Source: Squalus acanthias (taxonomy: Eukaryota). Taken from it: a DNA stretch of 64,000 nucleotides. The notes beneath the pieces are model-generated. The model did no database searches and was not told the origin of the DNA. It saw only the letters and a program-made list of their open reading frames with translations. This document shows positions 48,944 through 60,004 of the stretch, piece by piece. Location: contig CM059433.1 of the NCBI GenBank assembly GCA_030390025.1, positions 29,700,001 through 29,764,000 of the forward strand. The letters run 5' to 3'. Position numbers and translations under genes: made by a program. The stretch's first letter is position 1; each line of letters starts with the position of its first letter.

Positions 48944-50749
48944 TTATTGGGTACTATTAGACGGGCCTGTGGCACCTACGGGGCCGGTAGCAACCGCCAC
49001 TTTTCCATGCGCACTCATGAGGTTACGCATGGCTCCCAACACTGTTTCGATCTCGTCGGGAAGGATGGGTGCACTAGCTTCCCTAACAGAGACAGGCATC
49101 TGGGCTCGGGCTGCGGGATTTTTATCCCTGGAATCCTTCCAAGGGTTCCTACAGTTCTTGCGCCAGTGCCCTGTCTTCCCACACCCGTAACAAGCATTAC
49201 TTGCCTGCGGGGCGCGGTTACCCTCCTGATGCCACTCCTTTTGAGCCGGGGCTGCAGGTCGTACCTCATGTACTTTTCCCTTAAGGGGACGTGTTCCCAT
49301 ACCCCTGATATTACGGTACACTACCGTGAGTCGATTTAGGACCGACTCCTCTGTAGTGGCGGGGTCAGTGGGATCAAACCACGCTTTTGCCTGCTCTCTG
49401 ACGGCTGGCAAACTGTTGGCTACTATACACCTGAGCCAATGAGTTAAACCGATGCCTGCCACAGCGTCGCGCTCTGGCGCACCTGGGCAGCTGCGCTGGT
49501 ATACTGGCCACAGCCTGTCGGCGAAAACCTTCGGGGGTTCTCCCTCCATCTGCACTGTCTGTCCCACTCTAACAAACGGACCTTCATCGTCCGTCCCCAA
49601 TACTTCTAGGACCTCATTTCTTAGTGCCTCATAGGTCTTGGTTCCCCTCTTGCTCTCGTCTGAGAGACACTGAAGGATCGAACTACCTAATGAGAATAGC
49701 AGCATCTTTGCTGTTTCCCCATCGTCGCAGCCGTTAATGGCTGCGGTTTGCTCTATCTCCCTAAAATGTACGGAAGGGTCGTCTGACTCGGCCAGCTTCC
49801 GTACGTGACTGATCATAACCCTCAGCTGGTGTGAGCTGTGAGGCAACACAAGCTGGTTGAGGAGATTCCCTTGTTCCCCATCGTCTCCGTTTGGGCCCCT
49901 TTTGATACCCGTGACCGGACACAACGGTCCCTTTTCCACTTCTACCTCAGTGGGCCCTTTCGTTTCTTCTACCACTTTCTCCCTTACCCAGGTTTCCGAA
50001 TAGCTGGGTGGCGCGGAGGGCGTAGTGGCTAATACTTCCTCTGCTTTGCTTGGTGGGAATTTCTGAAACTCCTCATCCACTAGCGGCTGGTGTGCTGACG
50101 GACTGATAAGGCACACCATGCCGTGTGCTTTGTTAACGGCCCTTTTAAGGTGCTCTATCTCCTTTTGGCAGACGCTATGATCGGCCCCCTGATACTTATC
50201 CTCAAGGGACATCTTATATGCCGCCCTAACCCCCGTTAAGCTCTCTTCCTGGGCTTTTATTTGGGCAGCTTGGCGGGCACATCGTTCCTTTAGTCTGCCC
50301 TCACTTAACTTTGCCTCAGTGACCTGACACTTGAGGTAATCTATTTTTGCTTTATGGTGGCTGGTGACTACCTGGCGTTCTTGGTGCAACGCATTTAAAT
50401 TCCTAATGAGCAACTGCCCCCCAGTGACCTTCTCGTCCATTTCCTCCTCTAAATGCCTGATCCGAGCTGCTTGCGCTGTAATGACCTGGTTCGAAATTTG
50501 GACTTGTCTTTTATAGCACATTAACCAGACCGCTTTCTCGACTGTCTTTTTGTGTTCCTTGCTATCTGTCCACCTCTCGGCTGCCTCTAGTGGACACTTA
50601 TCCGCTAGCAGGTCACTTATCCATTTCTTAGTTAAATTTACCTTTCCGAACACATAATCTGCTATTTTTTCTTGCATGACATTTCGTACATTCATACCAA
50701 AGTCTAACACACTACCCTCTCGCTGCCAGTGTCCTGCCGCGGTCGCCAT
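48944..50749 (-). CDS. gag: Gag polyprotein (601 aa): coiled-coil N-terminal region, late domain, capsid-like region, one CCHC knuckle
   Basis: PSAPPSY at aa 244-250; CYGCGKTGHWRKNC; position directly after LTR/PBS; intact frame. Confidence 0.9.
   Translation of the reverse strand: MATAAGHWQREGSVLDFGMNVRNVMQEKIADYVFGKVNLTKKWISDLLADKCPLEAAERWTDSKEHKKTVEKAVWLMCYKRQVQISNQVITAQAARIRHLEEEMDEKVTGGQLLIRNLNALHQERQVVTSHHKAKIDYLKCQVTEAKLSEGRLKERCARQAAQIKAQEESLTGVRAAYKMSLEDKYQGADHSVCQKEIEHLKRAVNKAHGMVCLISPSAHQPLVDEEFQKFPPSKAEEVLATTPSAPPSYSETWVREKVVEETKGPTEVEVEKGPLCPVTGIKRGPNGDDGEQGNLLNQLVLPHSSHQLRVMISHVRKLAESDDPSVHFREIEQTAAINGCDDGETAKMLLFSLGSSILQCLSDESKRGTKTYEALRNEVLEVLGTDDEGPFVRVGQTVQMEGEPPKVFADRLWPVYQRSCPGAPERDAVAGIGLTHWLRCIVANSLPAVREQAKAWFDPTDPATTEESVLNRLTVVYRNIRGMGTRPLKGKVHEVRPAAPAQKEWHQEGNRAPQASNACYGCGKTGHWRKNCRNPWKDSRDKNPAARAQMPVSVREASAPILPDEIETVLGAMRNLMSAHGKVAVATGPVGATGPSNSTQ
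50731..50748 (-). promoter_or_regulatory. Primer-binding site complementary to tRNA-Arg(TCG)
   Basis: TGGCGACCGCGGCAGGAC is the complement of GTCCTGCCGCGGTCGCCA, the 3' 18 nt of vertebrate tRNA-Arg(TCG) as I recall it. Confidence 0.85.
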
Positions 50750-50753
50750 TTTC

Positions 50754-52364
50754 TGTAAGGGTTTCTCTGAACCTGTGAGATTCGTGTGGCTCTGTGCAGC
50801 CTGGATGCTAGTGTGGGTTTAGGCCTTGTTGCCTGTTCTGGTCTCCAGCCAGTCTGGGAGCACTAGACACCTGTGAGTGGTTCGACCCACTCACCCTTAC
50901 GGTTCTGACACTGGACTTAGATGCGAGAGCAGTAATGGAGAGAAAACTCAGGTAGACCCGGTTGAATGGTACGAAATGGAAAATCTTTATTGCATATTAT
51001 TCAAGATTACGAAATACATGTCATAAGCACAGATTAATGACAGTACAATCTTACACGCAGTTATGTAACTAATTTCAGGGAAACGAGGAACGAACGACAC
51101 ATCGTAAATGGGGGCACACATTACAGTTATCCTTAAAACTTAAACCCTCCCCTATCAATACCTGCTCTAAACTAGATATGTAGGATCGAGACTCATGCTC
51201 ACCACTTGTGATAACTCGGAGAATTCCGAAAACTCTGATCGGATGTTTTTCACCGCAGCACCTGATCACCCACGTGTTGATCAGGGGTCTCTGTACCCCA
51301 CTTGTTTACTCGTTTCTGCTCCGGCTAGCAGGCTGGACCGTCTGCTGTCATGAAGATCTGCGTTGACCTTGGATTCCCGATCAAAACCTACAAAGTTCAC
51401 TTATTTCGGGCGCGGTCGGGGTTTACTGACCGTGACGAGATGTATTGTCGTCTTCTCTTCTCATCTCATCTCATCTCATCTCATCTCATCTCATCTCGGG
51501 CCTTCGGTTCCAACACCGTTTACCGACTTCTTGGGATGGTGCGCCCGTTTCAAGGCTTCACAGCCCAGTTCCACACAGATCTTGGCAGCAAGCCACGAGG
51601 CAGATCCTGGCGGATCGTAAAGTTCAACAGTCTTTAAAAGCTGCAAGAGGCAGAGACACGAGGCAGGCGGCAAGGAGTCGAAAGGATAAGAGCACAAGAG
51701 CAGCCACGAGGATAAACGCCAGCAGGATAAGAGAGAGATGGACGGTTGGAGCTTGCAGTTATAGTGCAAAACTCTTCCTTTTCCCGCCCAACCTTAATGT
51801 CTTTTCTTTTGTTAGGGTTTGGCGCTCAAATTTCTTGTATAGGGTGATCTCCATTTTAATGGGTTTCGGGGATACTCGTAACTGTCTGAGTACCTGTTAA
51901 TATTTTTCCCATTGTTTAATCAGTCGGTGTTCTCCCTGGAGGGGTTTTGGGGCTCCCAAATGTTTTCTGTAACTACCCGCTAACGGCTCTCTCATCGTAG
52001 AGTCGTTGGGATTTTGCATATTAATGTCTTTGGATGGGTTCTTGATTACTTGGTACAATAGCCCTTATTCGCACCTGGGAGACCGATTTCAGTATTTATG
52101 TGTATACTGCAAACCCATGATGTCTCGTGTATTATCTTAAATGTGCTTAGTCTTGATCGATCTTGCACAAATGTTTATTGGAACGCCATCTTGTCTGCTT
52201 GTCGAAAAGTCTAGAATGTTCTGCCACGAGGCGTGGCGGCCATTTTACAGGCTGCTTGTGTCCATTTTGAAAACCTGACAGCATTCTGCTGAAATAAAGC
52301 TGTTTGAACGAAACTATGTTTTTTCTCCTTATTTATAAAATCGCGATATATTGCGAATTCTACA
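50754..52364 (-). repeat. 5' LTR (1611 bp)
   Basis: Direct repeat of 39691-41286, with three extra TCTCA units. Confidence 0.95.
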
Positions 52365-54945
52365 AAGGACACCAAGGTCCCTCTGTACATCAACATTTCC
52401 CAATCTATCACCATTTAAATAATACACTGCCTTTCTGTTTTTCCTACCAAAGTGGATAACTTCACATTTATCCACGTTATACTGCATCTGCCATGTATTT
52501 TCCCACTCACTCAACTTGTCTAATCGCTTTGAAGCCTCTTTGTATCCTCCTCACAACTCACAATCCCACCTAGCTTTGTGTCGCCAGCAAACTTGGAAAT
52601 ATTACAGTTGGTTCCCTCATCCAAATCATTGATATATATTGTGAATAGCTGGGGCCCAAGCATTGATCCCTGCGGTACCCCACTAGTCACCGTCTGCCAC
52701 CCCAAAAAAGACCCATTTATTTACAGCAGCTGTTTCCTGTCTGTTAACCAATTTTCAATCCATGCCAGTATATTACCCCCAATCCCATGGGCTTTAACTT
52801 TGCATACTAACCTCTTGTGTGGGATTTTATCAAAGGCCTTCTGAAAATCCAAATACACCACATCCACTGGTTCTCCCTTATCTATTGTACCAGTTACATC
52901 CTCAAAAAACTCCAGTAGGTTTGTCAAACACGAATTCCCTTTCATAAATCCATGTTGACTTTGTCTAATCCCGTTGATATTTTCTAAGTGTCCTGTTATC
53001 ACATCCTTTATAATAGACTCTAGCATTTTCCCTACTACTGATGTTAGGCTAACCGGTCTGTAGTTCCCTGTTTTCTCTCTCCCTCCTTTTTTAAATAGTG
53101 GGGTTACATTTGCCACCCTCCAATCTGCAGGAACTGTTCCATAATCGATAGAATTTTGTAAGATGACAACCAATGCATCCACTACATCCATGGCTACCTC
53201 TTTTAGTACTTTGGGATGCGGATTATCAGGCCCTGGGGATTTATCGGCTTTCAGACCCATTAATTTCTCCAGCACTATTTTTTTACTAATACTAATTTCC
53301 TTTAATTCCTCCTTCTCACTAGACCCTTGGTTCCCTAGCATTTCTGGGACGTTATTGGTGTCCTCTTCGGTGAAGACAGAACCAAAGTATTTGTTTAATT
53401 GCTCCGCCATTTCCTTGTTCCCCATTATAAATTCTTCCGTTTCTGACCGTAAGGGACCTACATTTGTCTTCACTAATCTTTTTCTTTTTACATACTTGTA
53501 AAAGCTTTTACAATCCACTTTTATGTTCCTTGAAAGTTTACTCTCATATTCTATTTTCCCCTCTTAATCAATCTCTTGGTCCCTTTTTGCTGAACTCTAA
53601 ACTGTTTCCAATCCTTAGGCTTGCTACTTTTTCTGGCAACTTTATATGACTCCTCTTTGGATCTAATACTATCCTTAATTTCTTTTGTTAGCCATGGTTA
53701 GGCCGCTTTTCCTTTTGTGTTTTTGCGCCAGAAAGGAATGTATAACTGTTGCAATTCATGCATTCGTTCCTTAAATGTTAGCCATTGCCTATCCACCGAC
53801 ATGCCTTTTAATGAAGCTCCCCAATCTATCATAGCCAACTCACTCCTCATACCTTCATAGTTTCCTTTGTTTAGATTTAGGACCCTAGTTTCAGATTGGA
53901 CTTCTTCACTTTCCATCTTAATGAAGAATTCTCTCATGTTATGGTCACTCTTCCCTAAAGGACCCCGCACAACAAGATTATTAATTAACCCCTTCTCATT
54001 GCACAATATCCAATCTAGGATAATCTGTTCCCTAGTTGGCTCCTCAACGTACTGGTCTAAAAAACCATCTCGTACACACTCCAGGAATTCATCCTCCACA
54101 GTATTATTGCTAATTTGGTTTGGCCAGTCTATATGTAGATTAAAGTCACCCATGATTACTGTAGTACCCTTGTTACATGCATCTCTAATTTCCTGTTTGA
54201 TGCCATCCCCTACATTACCACTACTGTTTGGAGGCCTATAGACAACTCCCACCAATGTTTTCTGCCCCTTGGTGCTTCTTAGCTCCACCCAGACTGATTC
54301 TACATCTTGATTTTCTGAGCCAATATCCTTTCTCACTATTGCTCTGATTTCATCCTTTACTAACAACACCACCCCACCTCCTTTTCCTTTTTGCCTGTCC
54401 TTCCTAAATATCGAATATCCTTGGATATTCAGCTCCCAGCCTTGGTCACCCTGCAGCCATGTCTCCGTAATTGCAATTATATCATATCCGTTTACATCTA
54501 TTTGCATTGTTAATTCGTCTACCTTATTACGAATGCTTCTTGCATTTAGATACAGTGCCTTTAGATTTGTCTTTTTAACATTTTTAGATATATTAACATT
54601 TTTTTGTACTATGGCCCTATTTTTCTTATTACCAGTTTTTCTTACCCGGACCCTATTTGTTAGTGCACTCCTTTGTATGTACGCTCTGTCCCTTCCTGAA
54701 ACAATCTGGTTATCCTTACCCTAATCACTTTCCTGCACTGCTTCCTTGTCTTTTCTCTTTGGCATTCTAGATTTCTCTCCACCAGGACCCTCCCCCCCCC
54801 CTCCCCCCCTTATTTAGTTTAAAGCTCTATCTACCTCCCTAGTTATTTGATTTGCTAGAACTCTGGTCACAGCATGGTTCAGGTGTAGTCCATCCCAATG
54901 GAATAGCTTACTCTTTCCCCAATACTGGTGCCAGTAGACTTCACC

Positions 54946-55714
54946 TGTAAGCCTTTCTCTTACTATCGTTCGGACTTCGAGAATTACGAATTAGCATAAC
55001 AATGACAGATAAGTTTGTGATCAATAAAATTGGTCTTTATTCACACTACAGTTCAAAATTCAAGTGTACATCACAATCAATATGCACCCAATTTACTCGT
55101 ACATAAAAGTACCCCCAGAAACTCATACGCTACCTCCTCGCAATTTATATCCCAAGTCAACCGTACATAAAAGTACCCTTTAACAATATCTAAGCTCTAT
55201 GTCCGCCTTTTATACGTACTCCTTTATCTCTGGGTGATCGGTCCAGGAAAGCCATAAGTCGAAAACATAGACTGGCCAGCTTTCTTTGTTCCTCTGTTCT
55301 TCCACTTCTCTCTTCTTTCTTTCTGAATTTCCCGCCTCTGGGTCATTTCTTTTATAGGGCCTTTCTGCCGGCCTCCCTTGTATATCACCATATGCCTCCC
55401 TCTGATATGTCAGTTTCACTCCAAACCTTCCCTGATTGGAGTTCCTTCTGCATGACACGTTCATGTTCCTGTGAGGTGGGTGGGGGCGGGACTTCCTCAT
55501 CAGTCATGTTTCTCTTTCCTGTCCATGTGGTCTTACAAACAAAGGACCATGCTGTCCACCAGGCAAAGGACCCCCTGCTGACTTCCGCCATTTTGTGTCT
55601 TCACAAACAAAGAACACATACTGACCTCCTACATTTTGAACCATTTCACAATTCATTCTGAACTTCGATCTCCACATGGTAGCAGCGGTTTTATTACGGA
55701 TTTTAGAAAATACA
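54946..55714 (-). mobile_element. Solo LTR (769 bp) of an unrelated LTR family
   Basis: TGTAAG...ATACA termini; TSD CACC (54942-54945 / 55715-55718); minus-strand TATAAAA ~55350-55356 and AATAAA 55036-55041. Confidence 0.8.
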
Positions 55715-55975
55715 CACCACCTCGGCATGGGCGGCAGTAGTCTGGGATGGCTGGCTGATAGGCAGCGGCAAGGCCAATGGCGGAGTGGCAGTGGTGGGAT
55801 CAGGAATATTGTCATCCTGAGAGAGAACAGTAGGTTCCTGCTCCACAGACCCACTGCCAGTTCCCCGGGGTGGTGCCTCAGCATCTCAAGATTCATCGTG
55901 GTCTGCTGCATGCTCCACCACCTCACCATCTTGAGGGCACAGCCCTTGCCACCAGGCATATGGTGACCAGCTGAG

Positions 55976-56010
<35 letters not shown>

Positions 56011-56263
56011 GGAGGAAGTGGAAGGGATGAGGCAACCCAGCCAGCTCCTTCCTGCCTGGGCTGTCGGTGATCGACTCATCCGACTGTGGTACCAGTGAAC
56101 GCAACCCCAATTCGCCATTCAACAATAGTCCCACACCTTACCTTCCCTCTGTTACTGACCATCACCACTCTTAGTCATAATGTTGCAATAAAAGCCGCCA
56201 CAAAATAAACATTCCAATCCAACTTTATACATCAATCCATCCAATATTACATAACAAAGTCAA

Positions 56264-59200
56264 CTAATCACTTTTGTCCATTCCGTTAGTGCGTGTCTTT
56301 AGTGTTCCTTTGCCTGTCCTCGTGCTCCTATGATCTCGATTAGCTCTGGGCCTAGAAGGCGCGGCTGCGGACTGCACCACCTCGGCATGGGCAGCAGTAG
56401 TCTGGGCTGGCTGGCAGACAGGCAACAGCAAGGGCACTGGTGGAGTGGCAGTGGTGGGAGGACGAATATTGCCATCTTGAGAGGGGACAGCAGGTTCGTG
56501 CTCCACGGAGCCACTGCCACTCCCCCAGGGGAGCACCTCGTCATTCCTAGCCATCTGTTGGAGGACAGATTGCTGGACTGCTGTGACACCCTGCAAGCCC
56601 CTTTTCACACTGGTAAATACAGCCATGATGGCAGCAGTCTGATCTTGCATGACAGCAGTCTGAGCTTCCACTGCAGCACTCAGATGTTGGGTGGCTTCTG
56701 CTTGTGCTGCAACGGAAGCTGAGACATCGGCCATCAGACGCTGCATCATGGTTGGGCCCACAAGTGCGCTAATCGAATTGCCCATCACTTCTATGCTGGA
56801 AATCATGGTCTCTAAGCTCAGCTTCCCGACTCCTCATTGCTCCTTGACATTGCACTCAGGCTTTCTGGCAGGCCTGCTAATGCACCAAGCATTTCGTTGT
56901 GCATACCCATCAGCCTTCTTCTGTAGGCCACCTCATCAACGTCCTCATCTGAGTCCTCTGCAGCGGAACTTGTTTACGACCTCACCCTCTGGGGAACTGG
57001 CACCTCCCCAGCCTTGCCGGAGACCACTCATACCCGGTGTCTCACCACATGCAGATCCCATGTCTAACCTATCCTCTAAAGTACGCGCAGTGTCAGTATC
57101 TGAGCTGGTGGCTGCGCGTGTGAATTTGTGTGACTGTGCTGTGTCTTCATCATCAGTGCCTTGGTGTTCTTCTATTTCATGATCCTCCACCAGTGCCTGG
57201 CCAGGTGTCAGTTCTTGGCTATCTGAAAGGAGAAAGGCACAAGGGTAAGGTTGTGGTGAGGGGCGGGGGGGAGGCGGGGGGTGGGGGGGTTGGTGGTGGA
57301 AAGCAAGAGGTGATGTAAGGGTTTGGAACGTGTCTCTCAGAGACGGTGCTGGTGCGAGGTTAGGCCTTCGTTGCCTAATACTATTGCTTGCTCTGGTCTC
57401 TGGCCAGCCTTTTTGCAATAAGCACCTGTGAGTGGTTCGACCCACTCGCCCTTACGGTTCTAACACTGGACTTAGGTGCAGGGAGCAGTAATGCAGAGAA
57501 AACTCAAATAGACCCGGTTGAATAGTACGAAATGGAAATCTTTATTGCATAGCGTCCAAAATCATGAAGTACATGTCATAGGCGCAAATTAACGAGAGTA
57601 CAAGTATACATACATTCATAAAGCTTGGTCTATGGAAATGAAGAACGCACGGCACATCGTAAAAAGGGGAACACATTATACTTTAACCTTAATAAAACCA
57701 CCCTCCCTTAACAATACCTACACTACGTCTAGATTTGTAGGATCGGGAAACATGCTCACCACTCGTGTCACTTCGGAGAATTTTAAAGTGAGGCACTCGG
57801 CTCGTTTCGCTGCAGCGCCTGACTGTCACGTGTTTGGAAGGGTTTTCTGCACCCCACTTGTTTATTTTCGCTGCTGCGACAAGCAGGCCAGACTCCCTGT
57901 TGTCATGAAGAACTCGACAGAACTCGGACACAGTTCAAAGAAGAGTCTTCCTGTGCTCGACACCGGTTGTCGGTAGACTTCAATGAAAAGTTCTTTATTA
58001 TATTTTCAGGCGCGGTCGGGGTTTACTGACCGTGGCGGCACGTGGATTCTTCTCCTTTTCTTCTTGTCTCGTCTCGTCTCTTCGGGCCTCCGGGTCCAGA
58101 CACCGTTTACCGATACTCGGGATGGTGCACCCTGTTACTTGCCCTTGTCGGGGCGGCTCGTTCCGATTGAGCTCCACCCAACATTCGAATAACCGACCAG
58201 TATGGCTAAAAGTCAAGAGTCAACAAAGTCCAGCCCTAAAGAAGAGCTTCACCCAGCGATCGAGCGAGTCAAGAGAATAAGAGACCGATGGACATCTGTT
58301 CACTATAGTTATAGTGCTGTGTTCCCTTATCTCCCGCTCAAATCTTAATATTTGTCCTTTGTGTAATATTGGCGCTCAAAACTCCCAGCATGGGGCGATT
58401 CTTCTCTTTAACGGGTTTCGGTAGCACCTGAAACTGGCCAACTATCCGTTAATGTTTTCCCCATTGTTGACCCAGCCAGGATGTGTACGAATCGTCTCCC
58501 TGACTGGTTTTGGGGGCCCCCGAATACTTGCTTAATCACCCGTCAATGTCTCTCTCATTGTAGAGCCGGGGGGGGTATTTGTGTATTGATGTGTCTGGAT
58601 GGGCCTTCGATTGCCCAGTACAATGATCCTTACTTGTGCATGGAAAACGATTCCAGCACTTATATCTTTGCTATTGTTCCAAATGCAAACAGGTTGCATC
58701 CTGTCTTTATCAATGTTTACCGAGTATGATCCAATCTTATATTGAATGTTTATTCGACGCCATCTTGTCTGCCCACTGTATTTCTGGAAGCTTCTGCCAC
58801 GATGCGCGGCGGCCATTTTACAGGCTTCTGTGTCCTTTATATCAGGACAGCATTTCGTTTAATAAAACTGATCAAACGAATCTGCTTCTCTTGTGTTATT
58901 TTGAATCGCGATAATTGCGAAACTTTACAGTGAATGCTTACACCATGTGCAGCTTGTAAATCAGAAGAGGTTGTGGGATGAAGGAGAAGTGGGATGTGAG
59001 AAGGAGGATTACGTATGAGGATACCGGCATCTTGTATTATTTCCGGCCTGCCACTGGCCACGGGCTCAGCAATGCCCCTCCCAATAATGGCCAGCACCGT
59101 CTCCTCCATGGGGGTCAGGTTATGCAGGTGCGCCTGTCCCCCGTTAGGTCCTGCTGGCACCAGTTGTGAGCCACCTTTTCCTGCAAGAGAAGTATGTCAG

Positions 59201-59700
59201 TGAGTGTGGTGCAATGTGTGTGGGTGATATACCTGTCATGGTTGAATAGCTGACAGTGTGTGCAAGCTGCGAGATGTGCATGTGAGACTTGCAGCAGTGG
59301 TAAGTGTGTGAGAGTGAGGTGAAGCTATGAATGTGAGGTATGAGTCGTGATTGCTAGAGATTGTTGGTCGGTGAGTGATGGGGATGTGGTGCATTGAGCA
59401 GTGTGTGAGGTTAGTGGTGCAGGTGGTGGGATATGGCAATTAAAGATGAATTCACTGCCCTTGACCACTCGTGTGAGGTCATTAAACTTCTTCCTGCACT
59501 GCATCCTGGTCCTCGGAGCTACACTGCTGGCATTCATCACACCAGCTATCTGCTCCCATTGGATTTGAGACATTTGCCTAGAGAATCCTGGCCCCTGTGG
59601 AAGCAGAACCTCTCACCTCGAGTTGACCCCCTGCACCAAGCCCTCCAGTGCTGCATCAGAGAACCTTGGTGTACGCTCTCTCCCCTGTTGCGACATAATA
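56264..59700 (-). pseudogene. Harbinger Myb/SANT-like gene of element A (3 exons, solo LTR in intron 2)
   Basis: PRFSDAALE.LV...WEQIAGVMNASSVAPRTRMQCRKKFNDLTRVVK; C-terminal exon homologous to 33130-34100. Confidence 0.75.
57314..58929 (-). mobile_element. Solo LTR (1616 bp) of a family related to the 39691-52364 provirus
   Basis: TGTAAGGGTTT...TTACA termini; TSD GTGA (57310-57313 / 58930-58933); collinear conserved blocks with the proviral LTR. Confidence 0.9.
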
Positions 59701-60004
59701 GGTTTTTTTTCCTCCTCTCACTCTCTTCCCCAGCCAGTTTAATGATTTGCTGCAGGCAGAATGCACCTCCCCATTAAGAGGTGCAGACTGCCTTTAAGAA
59801 GTGCAGGCTAGCATTATCTAGCTAAATTTCATCTGCTAGCCTTGCAGGAACATGGGGCCCTTGCTGAGCATTCAGCCATTCAGTAGCGCGTTCAGCGCTG
59901 AGTTCAATGCTGCGATCATGCTAATCAGCAGGCAGCACGAAGTTAGCATGCTGCCTGCATTCCTTTGAACGGGCGCGGGGTGATCACAAACGAATTTCTA
60001 GGCC

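Larger units (their letters stand above)
39691..52364 (-). mobile_element. Endogenous retrovirus, full-length provirus, lokiretrovirus-like (LTR-gag-pol-env-LTR)
   Basis: Paired 1.6-kb LTRs TGT...ACA; TSD AAGG (39687-39690 / 52365-52368); tRNA-Arg PBS; PPT; retrovirus-type dual-RNase-H pol; F-like env. Confidence 0.95.
38739..54935 (-). mobile_element. Long CR1 LINE (EN plus RT of ORF2) split by the endogenous retrovirus
   Basis: APE endonuclease 53698-54507 (IIAITETW, GVVYRPP, MGDFN, SDHN), RT 52365-53518, 3' part 38739-39690 with (ATAGAA)-type tail; sequence continuous across the AAGG TSD. Confidence 0.92.
31226..60004 (+). mobile_element. Outer PIF/Harbinger element A, expanded to 28.8 kb by nested insertions
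   Basis: TIRs GAGCTAGAAATTC (31226) / GAATTTCTAGGCC (to 60004); AAA on both flanks; splits a GA-rich repeat; transposase 5' part at 31717-32160, 3' part at ~55886-56100, Myb/SANT gene on minus at ~56264-59700. Confidence 0.7.
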
